Source of the DNA: Nemertoderma westbladi
Lineage: Eukaryota > Animalia > Xenacoelomorpha
NCBI GenBank assembly: GCA_032718475.1
Contig: JAUCBJ010003134.1
Span: 1 to 54,787, forward strand
Direction of reading: 5' to 3'
Length of the DNA: 54,787 nt
Shown: piece after piece, positions 10,993-21,095 of the stretch
How the letters are laid out: each line of letters opens with the position of its first letter
Position numbering within the stretch: position 1 is the first letter of the stretch
Translations under genes and position numbers: made by a program
The notes under the pieces: generated by a model
Told to the model about the DNA's origin: nothing
What the model saw: only the letters and a program-made list of their open reading frames with translations
The model's database searches: none

Positions 10993-12645
10993 TTATAACG
11001 GCCTGGTCGCTCCCAGTCTGCTAGCGACATGTGAGGGTTGTGGGGACAAGTTTTCCACCGCACTAAGCTGCAAGTTGGGGGGACTGGTCGTCAAAAGGCA
11101 TGATGAGGTCCGAGACATCTTCGGAGACCTTCTCTCCTCCGTCGTTGGACTTTTGAGCGTTGAGCAGGAGGTGACCCTGTATGGTGTCAGGGTGTCACCT
11201 GGACAGCGCCGGTTTGATGGCTGGTGGCGTCCGGGCCGACTTAGTTGCACGTGGGGTCTGGGCTTCTCAATGGGTGGCGTCATTCGACATTGCTATATTA
11301 AATGCTGACGCCACCTCTTATGCCCAGGCCACTACTACTACTAGGATCGGCATGCTGCATTGCAGCTGCATTTTTAAGAATGCTGTGCCGGCTTGTCAAC
11401 AAAATTGCACCGCCACAACTCCCTATCACCCATGACATTTGATAGATCATCCGCATCTTTAAGGCCAGTGTCCTTTAAGATGCGTCTCAAGAAAGTCATG
11501 GGCTGTCCACCATGCTTATTCACTCCATGAGGCTGCCAAAGTACAAGATTATGCACTGGCTGGTCCTCACGGCGAAAGCAATGTCCTGCAAAGCGGAGGC
11601 GATTTTGTTCTAGTGTCAAGCTTGGGGGAACCAATGAGACACCTCCAATGTTATATAGTGTCTGGTTGGAGATGTGTGCATTGTACTTGACACAATGAAC
11701 CCGGCGTAGCATTCTTGTGAATGTGCCATCCAGAGATTTGGTGTCCTCAGCGGTTAGAGCCCAGCATGGACTCCCGTAGAGGAGTACTGGAACTACTGCT
11801 GCTCTAAATAATCGGACCTTAAGTTTCCGATTAATTCTCGGTGACTTCCAAATCCTGGAAAGCCTATTCAAGGCTGCCCATGCCTTTCCCTTACGTATTC
11901 GAAGGTCCTCACCTGACTTCCGGATCCATGATCCCAGGTAACAGAAGTCGTCCACATGCTCAAGCATACCATCCTTTGAGCTTATGCTCATCCGATCAGA
12001 GACTTGCTGAGGACTTTCAAAGTTAACTGTCAGAATTTTGGTCTTTCTGGAGTTAATAAAAAGACCAACACTAGAAGCAGCATGTTCTAATGAGCTGAGG
12101 AGCCGTTGGGCTCCCTCTAATGATTCTGAGAGTACTCCTAAGTCATCAGCAAAGTCTAGATCAGTTAGGTACTTGGCAGGATTTCCTCGACTTCTGGAGC
12201 CAGTAGGTGGAGTTATCATCACCCCATCATCATTATAATGATCTAAGGACATGCGTAGAACATAGTCAACCACAATAATGCCCAGGCCAACCGCTCAACG
12301 GAGTCGTTGTTAGACGAACGCTGCCGATATAAGAAGCGCCACTACCGTGCTGTGTGCGAGGACTGGAGGATGTCGTTCACCCCCCTGGTCAGAACAACGG
12401 ATGGTGTATGGTGCCGCGAGGCACAGATACTGATAACTCACATCACCGAGGGACTCGTTGCTAAACACCAAGGGATGAGGGAAAGGGGCCTCGCGTGTGT
12501 TTTGGGGGGTGTTCGGTGGCGCCTGCAATTCGCCCTCCTCTGGTCCAGTTCTATCTGTCTCCGTGGTGGACGACGTTCATGGCGCGGTTTGGGGTTTGGG
12601 GACGGTGCTGGTCTGCGCGGTCACGACATTCCTGCGCAGTATTGA
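10993..12645 (+). mobile_element. CRE-like non-LTR retrotransposon 3' fragment (Zn knuckle plus RLE endonuclease), split by RTE copy 2
   Basis: CEGCGDKFSTALSCKLGGLVVKRHDEVRD, then ADLVARGVW...FDIAILNADATSYAQA, and after the insertion ...KKRHY...SFTPLVRTTDG...RLQFALLWSSSICLRGGRRS. AT-rich sequence follows. Confidence 0.85.
11332..12277 (-). mobile_element. 5'-truncated RTE-like LINE, copy 2 (open 299-aa RT C-terminus)
   Basis: FADD catalytic motif and (TAG)n 3' tail. 12-bp TSD ATGCCCAGGCCA at 11320-11331 and 12278-12289. Confidence 0.93.
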
Positions 12646-12958
12646 AACTTTACCCTATAACATGCTAGTATCTTCTATTATATATTTATAAATTTATTAT
12701 AAATATTACATTAGTTTATATAAGCTAGGAGTGTAATTATTATAATAAATTTATTATATTAATAATAATATAATGAAATTGCGATAATGTAAAAAAAAGT
12801 TATAATAGCGATCTTAAAACGTCAAATTACAGAAGCAACATCATAAAAATCAGGTTGCTTCAGGAAAATGCTTTAGTGACATCACTACACCATTTCATGG
12901 AATATAGTTTCGTTATTCACGTGATGTGCCATGCTCCCATGCAAAATATATTTTTTCC

Positions 12959-13436
12959 TATCTTGTGCGCACAACATAGTATCTTGTGCGCACAACTTAG
13001 TATTTTGTGCACACAACTTAGAGTCTTGTGTGCAGAACTTAAATTACTAATTTCCAATTGGTTACTTTGAAAGCATCGTGGTAGGAATTTTTAAAATACA
13101 TTGGACAAACCACTTACATATCTCTAGGCTCCTAAGCTACTTTAAATTTCGCGAGCGTGTTCTATATCCTAATTAGGCTATATAACCCTCTATAGGCCTA
13201 CTACCATACTTCACTGCATTAAAGATTTCTGACACAAATTATGCCATTACAATTTTGAAAACGCCACCACACAGTGTTTTGAAAAATTTCACCAATTAAA
13301 ATTCAAAATACTAAGTTGTGTGCACAAAATACTAAGTTGTGTGCACATAATACTAAGTTGTGTGCACAAAATACTAAGTTGTGTCCACAACATACTAAGT
13401 TGTGTCCACAACATACTAAGTTGTGCGCACAAGATA
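12959..13436. mobile_element. Foldback-like non-autonomous element with arms made of 21-bp subrepeats
   Basis: Left arm has 4 copies of TATCTTGTGCGCACAACTTAG (12959-13041). Right arm has about 6 reverse-complement copies (13306-13436). Confidence 0.7.
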
Positions 13437-13762
13437 TATATATATATCGATATTTAATTCGGACACGCTGACAATAAAATGAAAATAATATGTTAAAAGT
13501 AAAAGAAAGGACCGCACTTCACATAAGGAGTACATAGGAATAGTTAAAATCAGTTAATTAAAATGCACAAAATCCAACACAAAGTTTGTAATAGAATGAA
13601 TAAGAGTCTAAAAAAATGAATCAAAATAGTAATGAAATGTCTGAGTCTGTCGATATTAGCATAACAAACAAGTCAATAGAAATTGATGTTAGGCACCCCC
13701 CTTAGTCAAGGCAATTAAGAAAATCACACACCAAATTAAGCTTGATGCTGAAAGTGAGACCA

Positions 13763-14409
13763 TACTACTAGGATTGGCATGCTGCATTGCAGCTGCATTT
13801 TTAAGAATGCTGTACCGGCTTGTCGACAAAATTGCGCCGCCACAACACCCAACACCCATGTCCCTAACACCCATGACATTTGCTAGATCATCCGCAACTT
13901 CAAGCCCTGTGTCCTTTAAGATGCGTCTCAAGATAGTCATGGGCTGTCTGGCTGGTCCTCACGGCGAAAGCAATGTCCTGCACAGCGGAGGGGGGTTTGT
14001 TCTAGTGTCACGCTTGGGGGAACCAATGAGACTCCTCCAATGTTATATAGTGTCTGGTTGGAGATGTGTGCATTGTACTTGACACAGTGAACCTGCGTAG
14101 CATTCTTGTGAATGTACCATCCAGTGATTTGGTGTCCTCAGCTAGACCCCGCATGGACTCCCATAGAGTTAGAGCCCCGCATGGACTCCCATAGAGGAGT
14201 ACTGGAACTACTGCTGCTCTAAATAATCGGACCTTAAGTTTCCGATTAATTCTCGATGACTTCCAAATCCTGGAAAGGCGCCCATGCCTTTCCCTTACGT
14301 ATTCGAAGGTTCTCACCTGACTTCCGGATCCATGATCCCAGGTATCAGAAGTCGTCCACATGCTCAAGCATACCATCCTTTGAGCTTATGCTCATCCGGT
14401 CAGAGACTT
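13763..14409 (-). mobile_element. 5'-truncated RTE-like LINE, copy 3 (more decayed)
   Basis: Same 3' end and TAG tail as copies 1 and 2. Has internal deletions and a short duplication at about 14147-14196; no TSD seen. Confidence 0.88.
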
Positions 14410-14684
14410 TTGTGTCAATTTTGGGTCAAATTTGAGCTACTTGTAGTTTTCGTGCCGCGCATTAACACAAATCCAAAAATGCCCTAATCAACAAGGTACG
14501 ATAAATTTCAGTGTCAAATTCGTGATCAGCATCCCAAAAAACCTATTTGGTCGTAAAATCAATTTGATTTTGTAGTGGTTTTTCATTATCATATTCGCAC
14601 TACTTGTTTTTTTCGTGATTTTTCGACATTGCCAATTTTTGGGTTTTAATATCTATTTATTTTACAAAAAGAAAGTAACATTTT

Positions 14685-14848
14685 TTGTCCAACTTTATAA
14701 TCCGCATTATTTCGAGGAATAAAGTGTTAAGGCCGAAGGGCGAGGCCGAAGGGCGAGGCCGAAGGGCGAAGGCCGAAGGGCGAAGGCCGAAGGGCGAGGA
14801 AAAAATGCTTATAATATATCGAGGAAATGCGGATTATAAGGAGGACAA
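14685..14848. mobile_element. Small palindromic MITE-like element with an internal (GGCCGAAGGGCGA)n array
   Basis: TTATAATCCGCATT at 14695-14708 is inverted at 14826-14839, with outer TTGTCC/GGACAA. Confidence 0.6.
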
Positions 14849-14939
14849 TAAATACTGTTTGTAACTCTGCCAATATTCTTTTTGAAGTAAAATTGCTTTC
14901 TGGGGTTTTTCCACATGATTCACATGCTCTTTCATATGA

Positions 14940-15542
14940 AATAAACAACAACTGGAAAACATTTCCGAGTCGCCGACCCCTTTAGCTAAAGAAGGTGGTC
15001 CATGTATTACTGAACCTGAAGTAGCAGGGAAGGAACTATGTTCATGTCATAATAAGTATACCTCACCTAATCGCGTCCATATTAATGGCCATCGGGGAGC
15101 ACTGAAGTCAAATCAAATCGTTAAATTTCAGATCAACTCTCAATTTGGAAGAACCAGAACCGCAGTTGTTACAGTGGCAGGAGACTTTAAATGCAGGGCT
15201 GCACGGGGGGTAAACAGGAACACAGTTGATATTGAAGAAACCAAAATACTATGTCATAAAGAAGATGCATATGCCTTGGTCGATAATAAACTATATACTG
15301 GCGTATTTAATTATGGCAGATTCAAAGGTTGTCCAGAATTTTTTGGATATATTACTCCAATAATTGATGGGAATGAACTGTGTAGATGTTACACAATATT
15401 GGTTAGTAGCGAAAAGACTAAAATGATCAATGATGGTGGATGGTGGAGAATTGAGGAAGATCAAACCGTTGAATTTTACTTCAAATATTACAAAATATTA
15501 AAAATAAACTTAAGAATAGCGACATTGGTGAAGGTCATTTAA
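14940..15542 (+). CDS. 200-codon open frame with two tandem cold-shock-like repeats (likely exon or paralog of 9295-10917)
   Basis: The frame of ORF 15174..15542 stays open back to the TGA at 14937. Internal repeat ITEPEVAGKELCSCH / ITPIIDGNELCRCY. Segments VHINGHRGALKSNQIVKFQ...VTVAGDFKC and IEEDQTVEFYFK resemble the Lin28 CSD. No upstream ATG. Confidence 0.55.
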   Translation, partial: NKQQLENISESPTPLAKEGGPCITEPEVAGKELCSCHNKYTSPNRVHINGHRGALKSNQIVKFQINSQFGRTRTAVVTVAGDFKCRAARGVNRNTVDIEETKILCHKEDAYALVDNKLYTGVFNYGRFKGCPEFFGYITPIIDGNELCRCYTILVSSEKTKMINDGGWWRIEEDQTVEFYFKYYKILKINLRIATLVKVI

Positions 15543-16325
15543 GTAGAGTAGGCAGGTAGAGATATAGGGCCATATATAGGAATTCTAGAACATAGTATTT
15601 ATTCAGGACGTGAAGTGTCATTGGATCTAGGGTAGTAGACTTGTCGTGAGTTGCTGGGGCCTAGATACCAAGCGCGGTTTGTTGTAGATGTAGACCCATA
15701 GATTTACATGACAAAGGGGTTTTTTATAGTTCTGGATCTTGGTGAAAACTCACCTGGTTTTGTCTAACTTTCACATATATTGTTATAATAACTGTATAAT
15801 AGTAAATGTGTTACAGATAGATAACTAGTTAATTCCCCAAGTCCGGGTTTTTACGGGGCGGTGGTACCACACATGTTGAAAACTATTCGCCAGTCTTTGT
15901 TGGTAATAACAGGGGTTTGCTGCGTTTACTGCAGCAATGAAATCAACAACTGAACTACAATATCCATTTTTGGATATTATATTATCTTGTGTCGAGAGAA
16001 CTAACTCTGTACAATTAAACACCGTATAATCTATGTACAATGGGTAAACAATACGGTATATATAATATGTTTACTGTATGACAATATTATAGCTTGCGCA
16101 ACACGTGATCTTGCCCGGTTTGGCCGCGAGGCCCTATTGTTACCTTGACTTTGTAAGGTAGTCCCCCTATTGGTGGTTGATAATTACTGCCGTTAAATGG
16201 CTGATGGTTAATTAATTTATTTAAATTCAACCAATGAATTGTCACATAAAATAACGTAGTATTTAATTAATGGCACAAATTATAATAGTCAGACTAAATT
16301 AACCTTAAAATAAACATGTGGTTAA

Positions 16326-17530
16326 CCCTATTACCACTGAGGGGGGGAATCGGCCCTTTCCTAGTTTTTAATTGCTGTATCTATGCAACCACATTATTTT
16401 TTACGAGAATTAGTCAAATTTAATGGCGCATTGTCTGAAAAAAACGGTGTTGCAATTAGATTTCAACTTTTCGATGTGGGTGCCACCTCAAAATTTGGTC
16501 CCCAGCAGAAATATTTTTGAAATTTTCGAATTTTACAAGGTCATTTGTGAGTTAATAATTCTTTATGTTAGGGATTTTTTTTATTGATTCTGATTCGTAT
16601 GGAGCACTTTACTACTCTATATAAATATGTAAGGGAAGTGTTAAGTCATTTTTGGTGCAATAAAATTAGGGCGTGGCACATCAATTTTTCAAAATTTCAA
16701 TATTCGTTAAATACTCCGAAGTTTTGATTTCAACGCATTTTTATGGGTTTTCTGGCACGCTTAATCGATTGAAAGTAATATAGAAGACTCGATTCTTAGT
16801 GGTACATCATTATTGGTACACCAAAATTAGGGCGTGGTACTCTTTCAAATTTTGAATAAGTGCCACTCCCTAATTTTGGTGCACCAAAAATGCCGAACCA
16901 CTAAGTCTTCAGGCTTCTATAATACTTTCAATTGATTCAGTGGTCGAAAAAACCTATAAAATGTGCGTTGAAATCTCAACTTTGATTTATTTTCCGAATC
17001 TCGTATTTTTTAATATTTGAAGCGCCACACCCTAATTTTGGTGCTCCAAAAAGGACGATCCACTAAGTCTTCAGGCTTCTATAATATTTTCAATCGATTC
17101 AGCCGTCCAGAAAACCTATAAAAACGCGATGAAATCAAAAGATGGAGGTATTTTACGAATATCGTATTTTTCAAAATCCAGGCCCACTTCTTAGGTGCAC
17201 AAAAAATAGCATCCAGTTCAATTTTCGGAAATGGAATATAATCATATTCGATTCAGCGCTAGCCAACAATGCCACACTATCAAAAAATGAATATCAAAAA
17301 AATGTACATTTTGTCCTGGGACTACTTCTATTTTTCATGAAAATTATTATACCCACCTTATCAAATTTTCATTTTTTTGGATTTGAAAATGTTCTTCGAT
17401 AATTTTTTAACCTACAGCCCAAATTTTGTAGGATTTTATTGGATGATTACAAAAATACAACGGGGGGGGGGGGGCGAATCGACCCCCCGCCAGTGCTGCT
17501 AATGGTCTAAACACCCCAGTGGTAATAGGG
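16326..17530. mobile_element. Non-autonomous piggyBac-like DNA transposon
   Basis: TIR CCCTATTACCACTG / CAGTGGTAATAGGG flanked by TTAA at 16322-16325 and 17531-17534. Internal direct and inverted repeats; no transposase. Confidence 0.88.
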
Positions 17531-17610
17531 TTAAAATAAAGTATATGTAACCACTATGCACCACCTTTACAATTATAAGTATTGAAATTAATTTTAATTT
17601 ACAGCAGCAT

Positions 17611-19660
17611 CCAGTCTCTTTTCCCTCCTTTCAGTGTTTTTAGATTCCTCTGGCTGCCAGCCAGTCTCTATTCCCTCCTTTCAGTGTTTTTAGATTCCTC
17701 TGGCTGCCAGCCAGTCTCTATTCCCTCCTTTCAGTGTTTTTAGATTCCTCTGGCTGCCAGCCAGTCTCTATTCCCTCCTTTCAGTGTTTTTAGATTCCTC
17801 TGGCTGCCAGCCAGTCTCTATTCCCTCCTTTCAGTGTTTTTAGATTCCTCTGGCTGCCAGCCAGTCTCTATTCCCTCCTTTCAGTGTTTTTAGATTCCTC
17901 TGGCTGCCATCCAGTCTCTATTCCCTCCTTTCAGTGTTTTTAGATTCCTCTGGCTGCCAGCCAGTCTCTATTCCCTCCTTTCAGTGTTTTTAGATTCCTC
18001 TGGCTGCCAGCCAGTCTCTATTCCCTCCTTTCAGTGTTTTTAGATTCCTCTGGCTGCCAGCCAGTCTCTATTCCCTCCTTTCAGTGTTTTTAGATTCCTC
18101 TGGCTGCCAGCCAGTCTCTATTCCCTCCTTTCAGTGTTTTTAGATTCCTCTGGCTGCCATCCAGTCTCTATTCCCTCCTTTCAGTGTTTTTAGATTCCTC
18201 TGGCTGCCAGCCAGTCTCTATTCCCTCCTTTCAGTGTTTTTAGATTCCTCTGGCTGCCAGCCAGTCTCTATTCCCTCCTTTCAGTGTTTTTAGATTCCTC
18301 TGGCTGCCAGCCAGTCTCTATTCCCTCCTTTCAGTGTTTTTAGATTCCTCTGGTTGCCAGCCAGTCTCTATTCCCTCCTTTCAGTGTTTTTAGATTCCTC
18401 TGGCTGCCATCCAGTCTCTATTCCCTCCTTTCAGTGTTTTTAGATTCCTCTGGCTGCCAGCCAGTCTCTATTCCCTCCTTTCAGTGTTTTTAGATTCCTC
18501 TGGCTGCCATCCAGTCTCTATTCCCTCCTTTCAGTGTTTTTAGATTCCTCTGGCTGCCAGCCAGTCTCTATTCCCTCCTTTCAGTGTTTTTAGATTCCTC
18601 TGGCTGCCAGCCAGTCTCTATTCCCTCCTTTCAGTGTTTTTAGATTCCTCTGGCTGCCAGCCAGTCTCTATTCCCTCCTTTCAGTGTTTTTAGATTCCTC
18701 TGGCTGCCAGCCAGTCTCTATTCCCTCCTTTCAGTGTTTTTAGATTCCTCTGGCTGCCAGCCAGTCTCTATTCCCTCCTTTCAGTGTTTTTAGATTCCTC
18801 TGGCTGCCAGCCAGTCTCTATTCCCTCCTTTCAGTGTTTTTAGATTCCTCTGGCTGCCAGCCAGTCTCTATTCCCTCCTTTCAGTGTTTTTAGATTCCTC
18901 TGGCTGCCAGCCAGTCTCTATTCCCTCCTTTCAGTGTTTTTAGATTCCTCTGGCTGCCAGCCAGTCTCTATTCCCTCCTTTCAGTGTTTTTAGATTCCTC
19001 TGGTTGCCAGCCAGTCTCTATTCCCTCCTTTCAGTGTTTTTAGATTCCTCTGGCTGCCAGCCAGTCTCTATTCCCTCCTTTCAGTGTTTTTAGATTCCTC
19101 TGGCTGCCAGCCAGTCTCTATTCCCTCCTTTCAGTGTTTTTAGATTCCTCTGGTTGCCAGCCAGTCTCTATTCCCTCCTTTCAGTGTTTTCAGATTCCTC
19201 TGGCTGCCAGCCAGTCTCTTTTCCCTCCTTTCAGTGTTTTTAGATTCCTCTGGTTGCCAGCCAGTCTCTATTCCCTCCTTTCAGTGTTTTTAGATTCCTC
19301 TGGCTGCCAGCCAGTCTCTATTCCCTCCTTTCAGTGTTTTTAGATTCCTCTGGCTGCCAGCCAGTCTCTATTCCCTCCTTTCAGTGTTTTTAGATTCCTC
19401 TGGCTGCCAGCCAGTCTCTATTCCCTCCTTTCAGTGTTTTTAGATTCCTCTGGCTGCCAGCCAGTCTCTATTCCCTCCTTTCAGTGTTTTTAGATTCCTC
19501 TGGCTGCCAGCCAGTCTCTATTCCCTCCTTTCAGTGTTTTTAGATTCCTCTGGCTGCCAGCCAGTCTCTATTCCCTCCTTTCAGTGTTTTTAGATTCCTC
19601 TGGCTGCCATCCAGTCTCTATTCCCTCCTTTCAGTGTTTTTAGATTCCTCTGGCTTCCAG
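17611..19660. repeat. 50-bp tandem array, 41 near-identical copies
   Basis: Unit CCAGTCTCTATTCCCTCCTTTCAGTGTTTTTAGATTCCTCTGGCTGCCAG. Confidence 0.98.
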
Positions 19661-20364
19661 CTTCGCGTCCTGAATAAATACATGTTCCAGAAGTCTTGGC
19701 CTTCGTGCACAAATGTAATTTGTCTTTTTAAATGTAAATTATAAATCAGCATTAAAGATTAGCTAAAGTTTGTGGATTTTCCGATATTTAAGATAATAAT
19801 GATGATTTAAATAGAACCTTTCTGATTCAATTTACTCACGAGTACTCGGCGCAAGATGTAACTTTTAAAGGCTCATATATATATATCAGCTGTTTTATGA
19901 ATAAATTCATACATATTTGGAATCCTTGCAGGGCCAGCTTTCTATCAGTACAAACAAGTCAATATAAGGTTGAAGAATAAATGCAATGAATGGGAGAATG
20001 GGAGAACTGGTGCAATATCACCGGAGTCACCTTTTTCAAACGCTTGTAGCTAAAGATTGAAAGCTAAATCAAAAATTATTTGTTTTTAATTTTTTTTTTA
20101 TTTAATCTAGAGCAGATTTCTATCAAGTCCAAATTTGAAAACCTTTCAGTCAAATCTCTTTTACTAGTCGAGATCTGGCTGTTTGTCCGTTTGAAAGTTT
20201 GTCTCACCGTCAGCATGTCTGTCTGTCAATGAAAAGCCTACTATCTATCTCAAAAATTCCCTATATTGGTTGACTGAACAAGATACGCAATACGTATCTC
20301 ATTATGCCTCATGATAGCCCCTCGTCAAAGAGTCAACCCCACCGACTAGCGGCATTGTTAACTA

Positions 20365-20815
20365 GCGGCAGGTTACAGAGGCATGTAGATATAAAGAAAA
20401 CAATAAACGATAGTTAACATGTGTTACTACAAGATTATGCAGGTTAGTAAAGGAGCAGGTTACAGACGTGTGTAGATTGAACCAAAACAATAAACGATAG
20501 TTAACTCGTGATAGAAAATTATGCAGGTTAGTAAAGTAACTGGTTATTGAGGCGGGTAGACATAACCAAAACAATAAACAATAGTTAACATGTATTACAC
20601 AATTACGCAATTAGTAAAGAAGCAGGTTACAGGGGTGGGTAGATAGAACCAAAACAATAAACGACAATAAACACATGATACAAGATTATGCAGGTTAGTA
20701 AAGGAGCAGGTTACAGGGGCATATAGATAGGATAGAACCAAAACAATAAACGATAGTTAACATGTGTTACTACAAGAGAAAGATACTCGTGTCACATGCT
20801 TATGCAGGTTAGTAA
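20365..20815 (+). repeat. Diverged relatives of the 68-bp satellite family
   Basis: GCAGGTTACAG and AACCAAAACAATAAACGAT blocks shared with 26860-31466. Confidence 0.75.
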
Positions 20816-20896
20816 ATATGCGAAGGTCGCGGGGACCTTTATAGTAGTAATACTAATATATAAAACCAAATATTCAATAATAATCAGTCAGGCTGA

Positions 20897-21083
20897 TGTA
20901 TTATGGCCGATACATTATATGAAGATATTGCAGTCAATATCATGACAGTAGTGTCATGTAGGCCTATATATTTGATACTGAAAGTAAAGTGAAAGTAAGT
21001 ACCGTTTCGACCTATGACAGTATCTCGGTAGTAATGTCCCTAGATGGGGCGAGCCACGAGGGAGGGGAGTCCGTATCAGTACA
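20897..21083 (-). mobile_element. Putative 3' LTR of the Gypsy element
   Basis: On the minus strand a purine tract AGAAGGGGGA is followed by TGTA at 21083 and a TACA end at 20897. The left boundary is uncertain. Confidence 0.5.
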
Positions 21084-21095
21084 TCCCCCTTCTAG

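Noticed and set aside
13440-13760. Possible 3' UTR of another LINE on the minus strand
   Set aside because: Only a suggestive AT-rich end, with no coding motif to support it.
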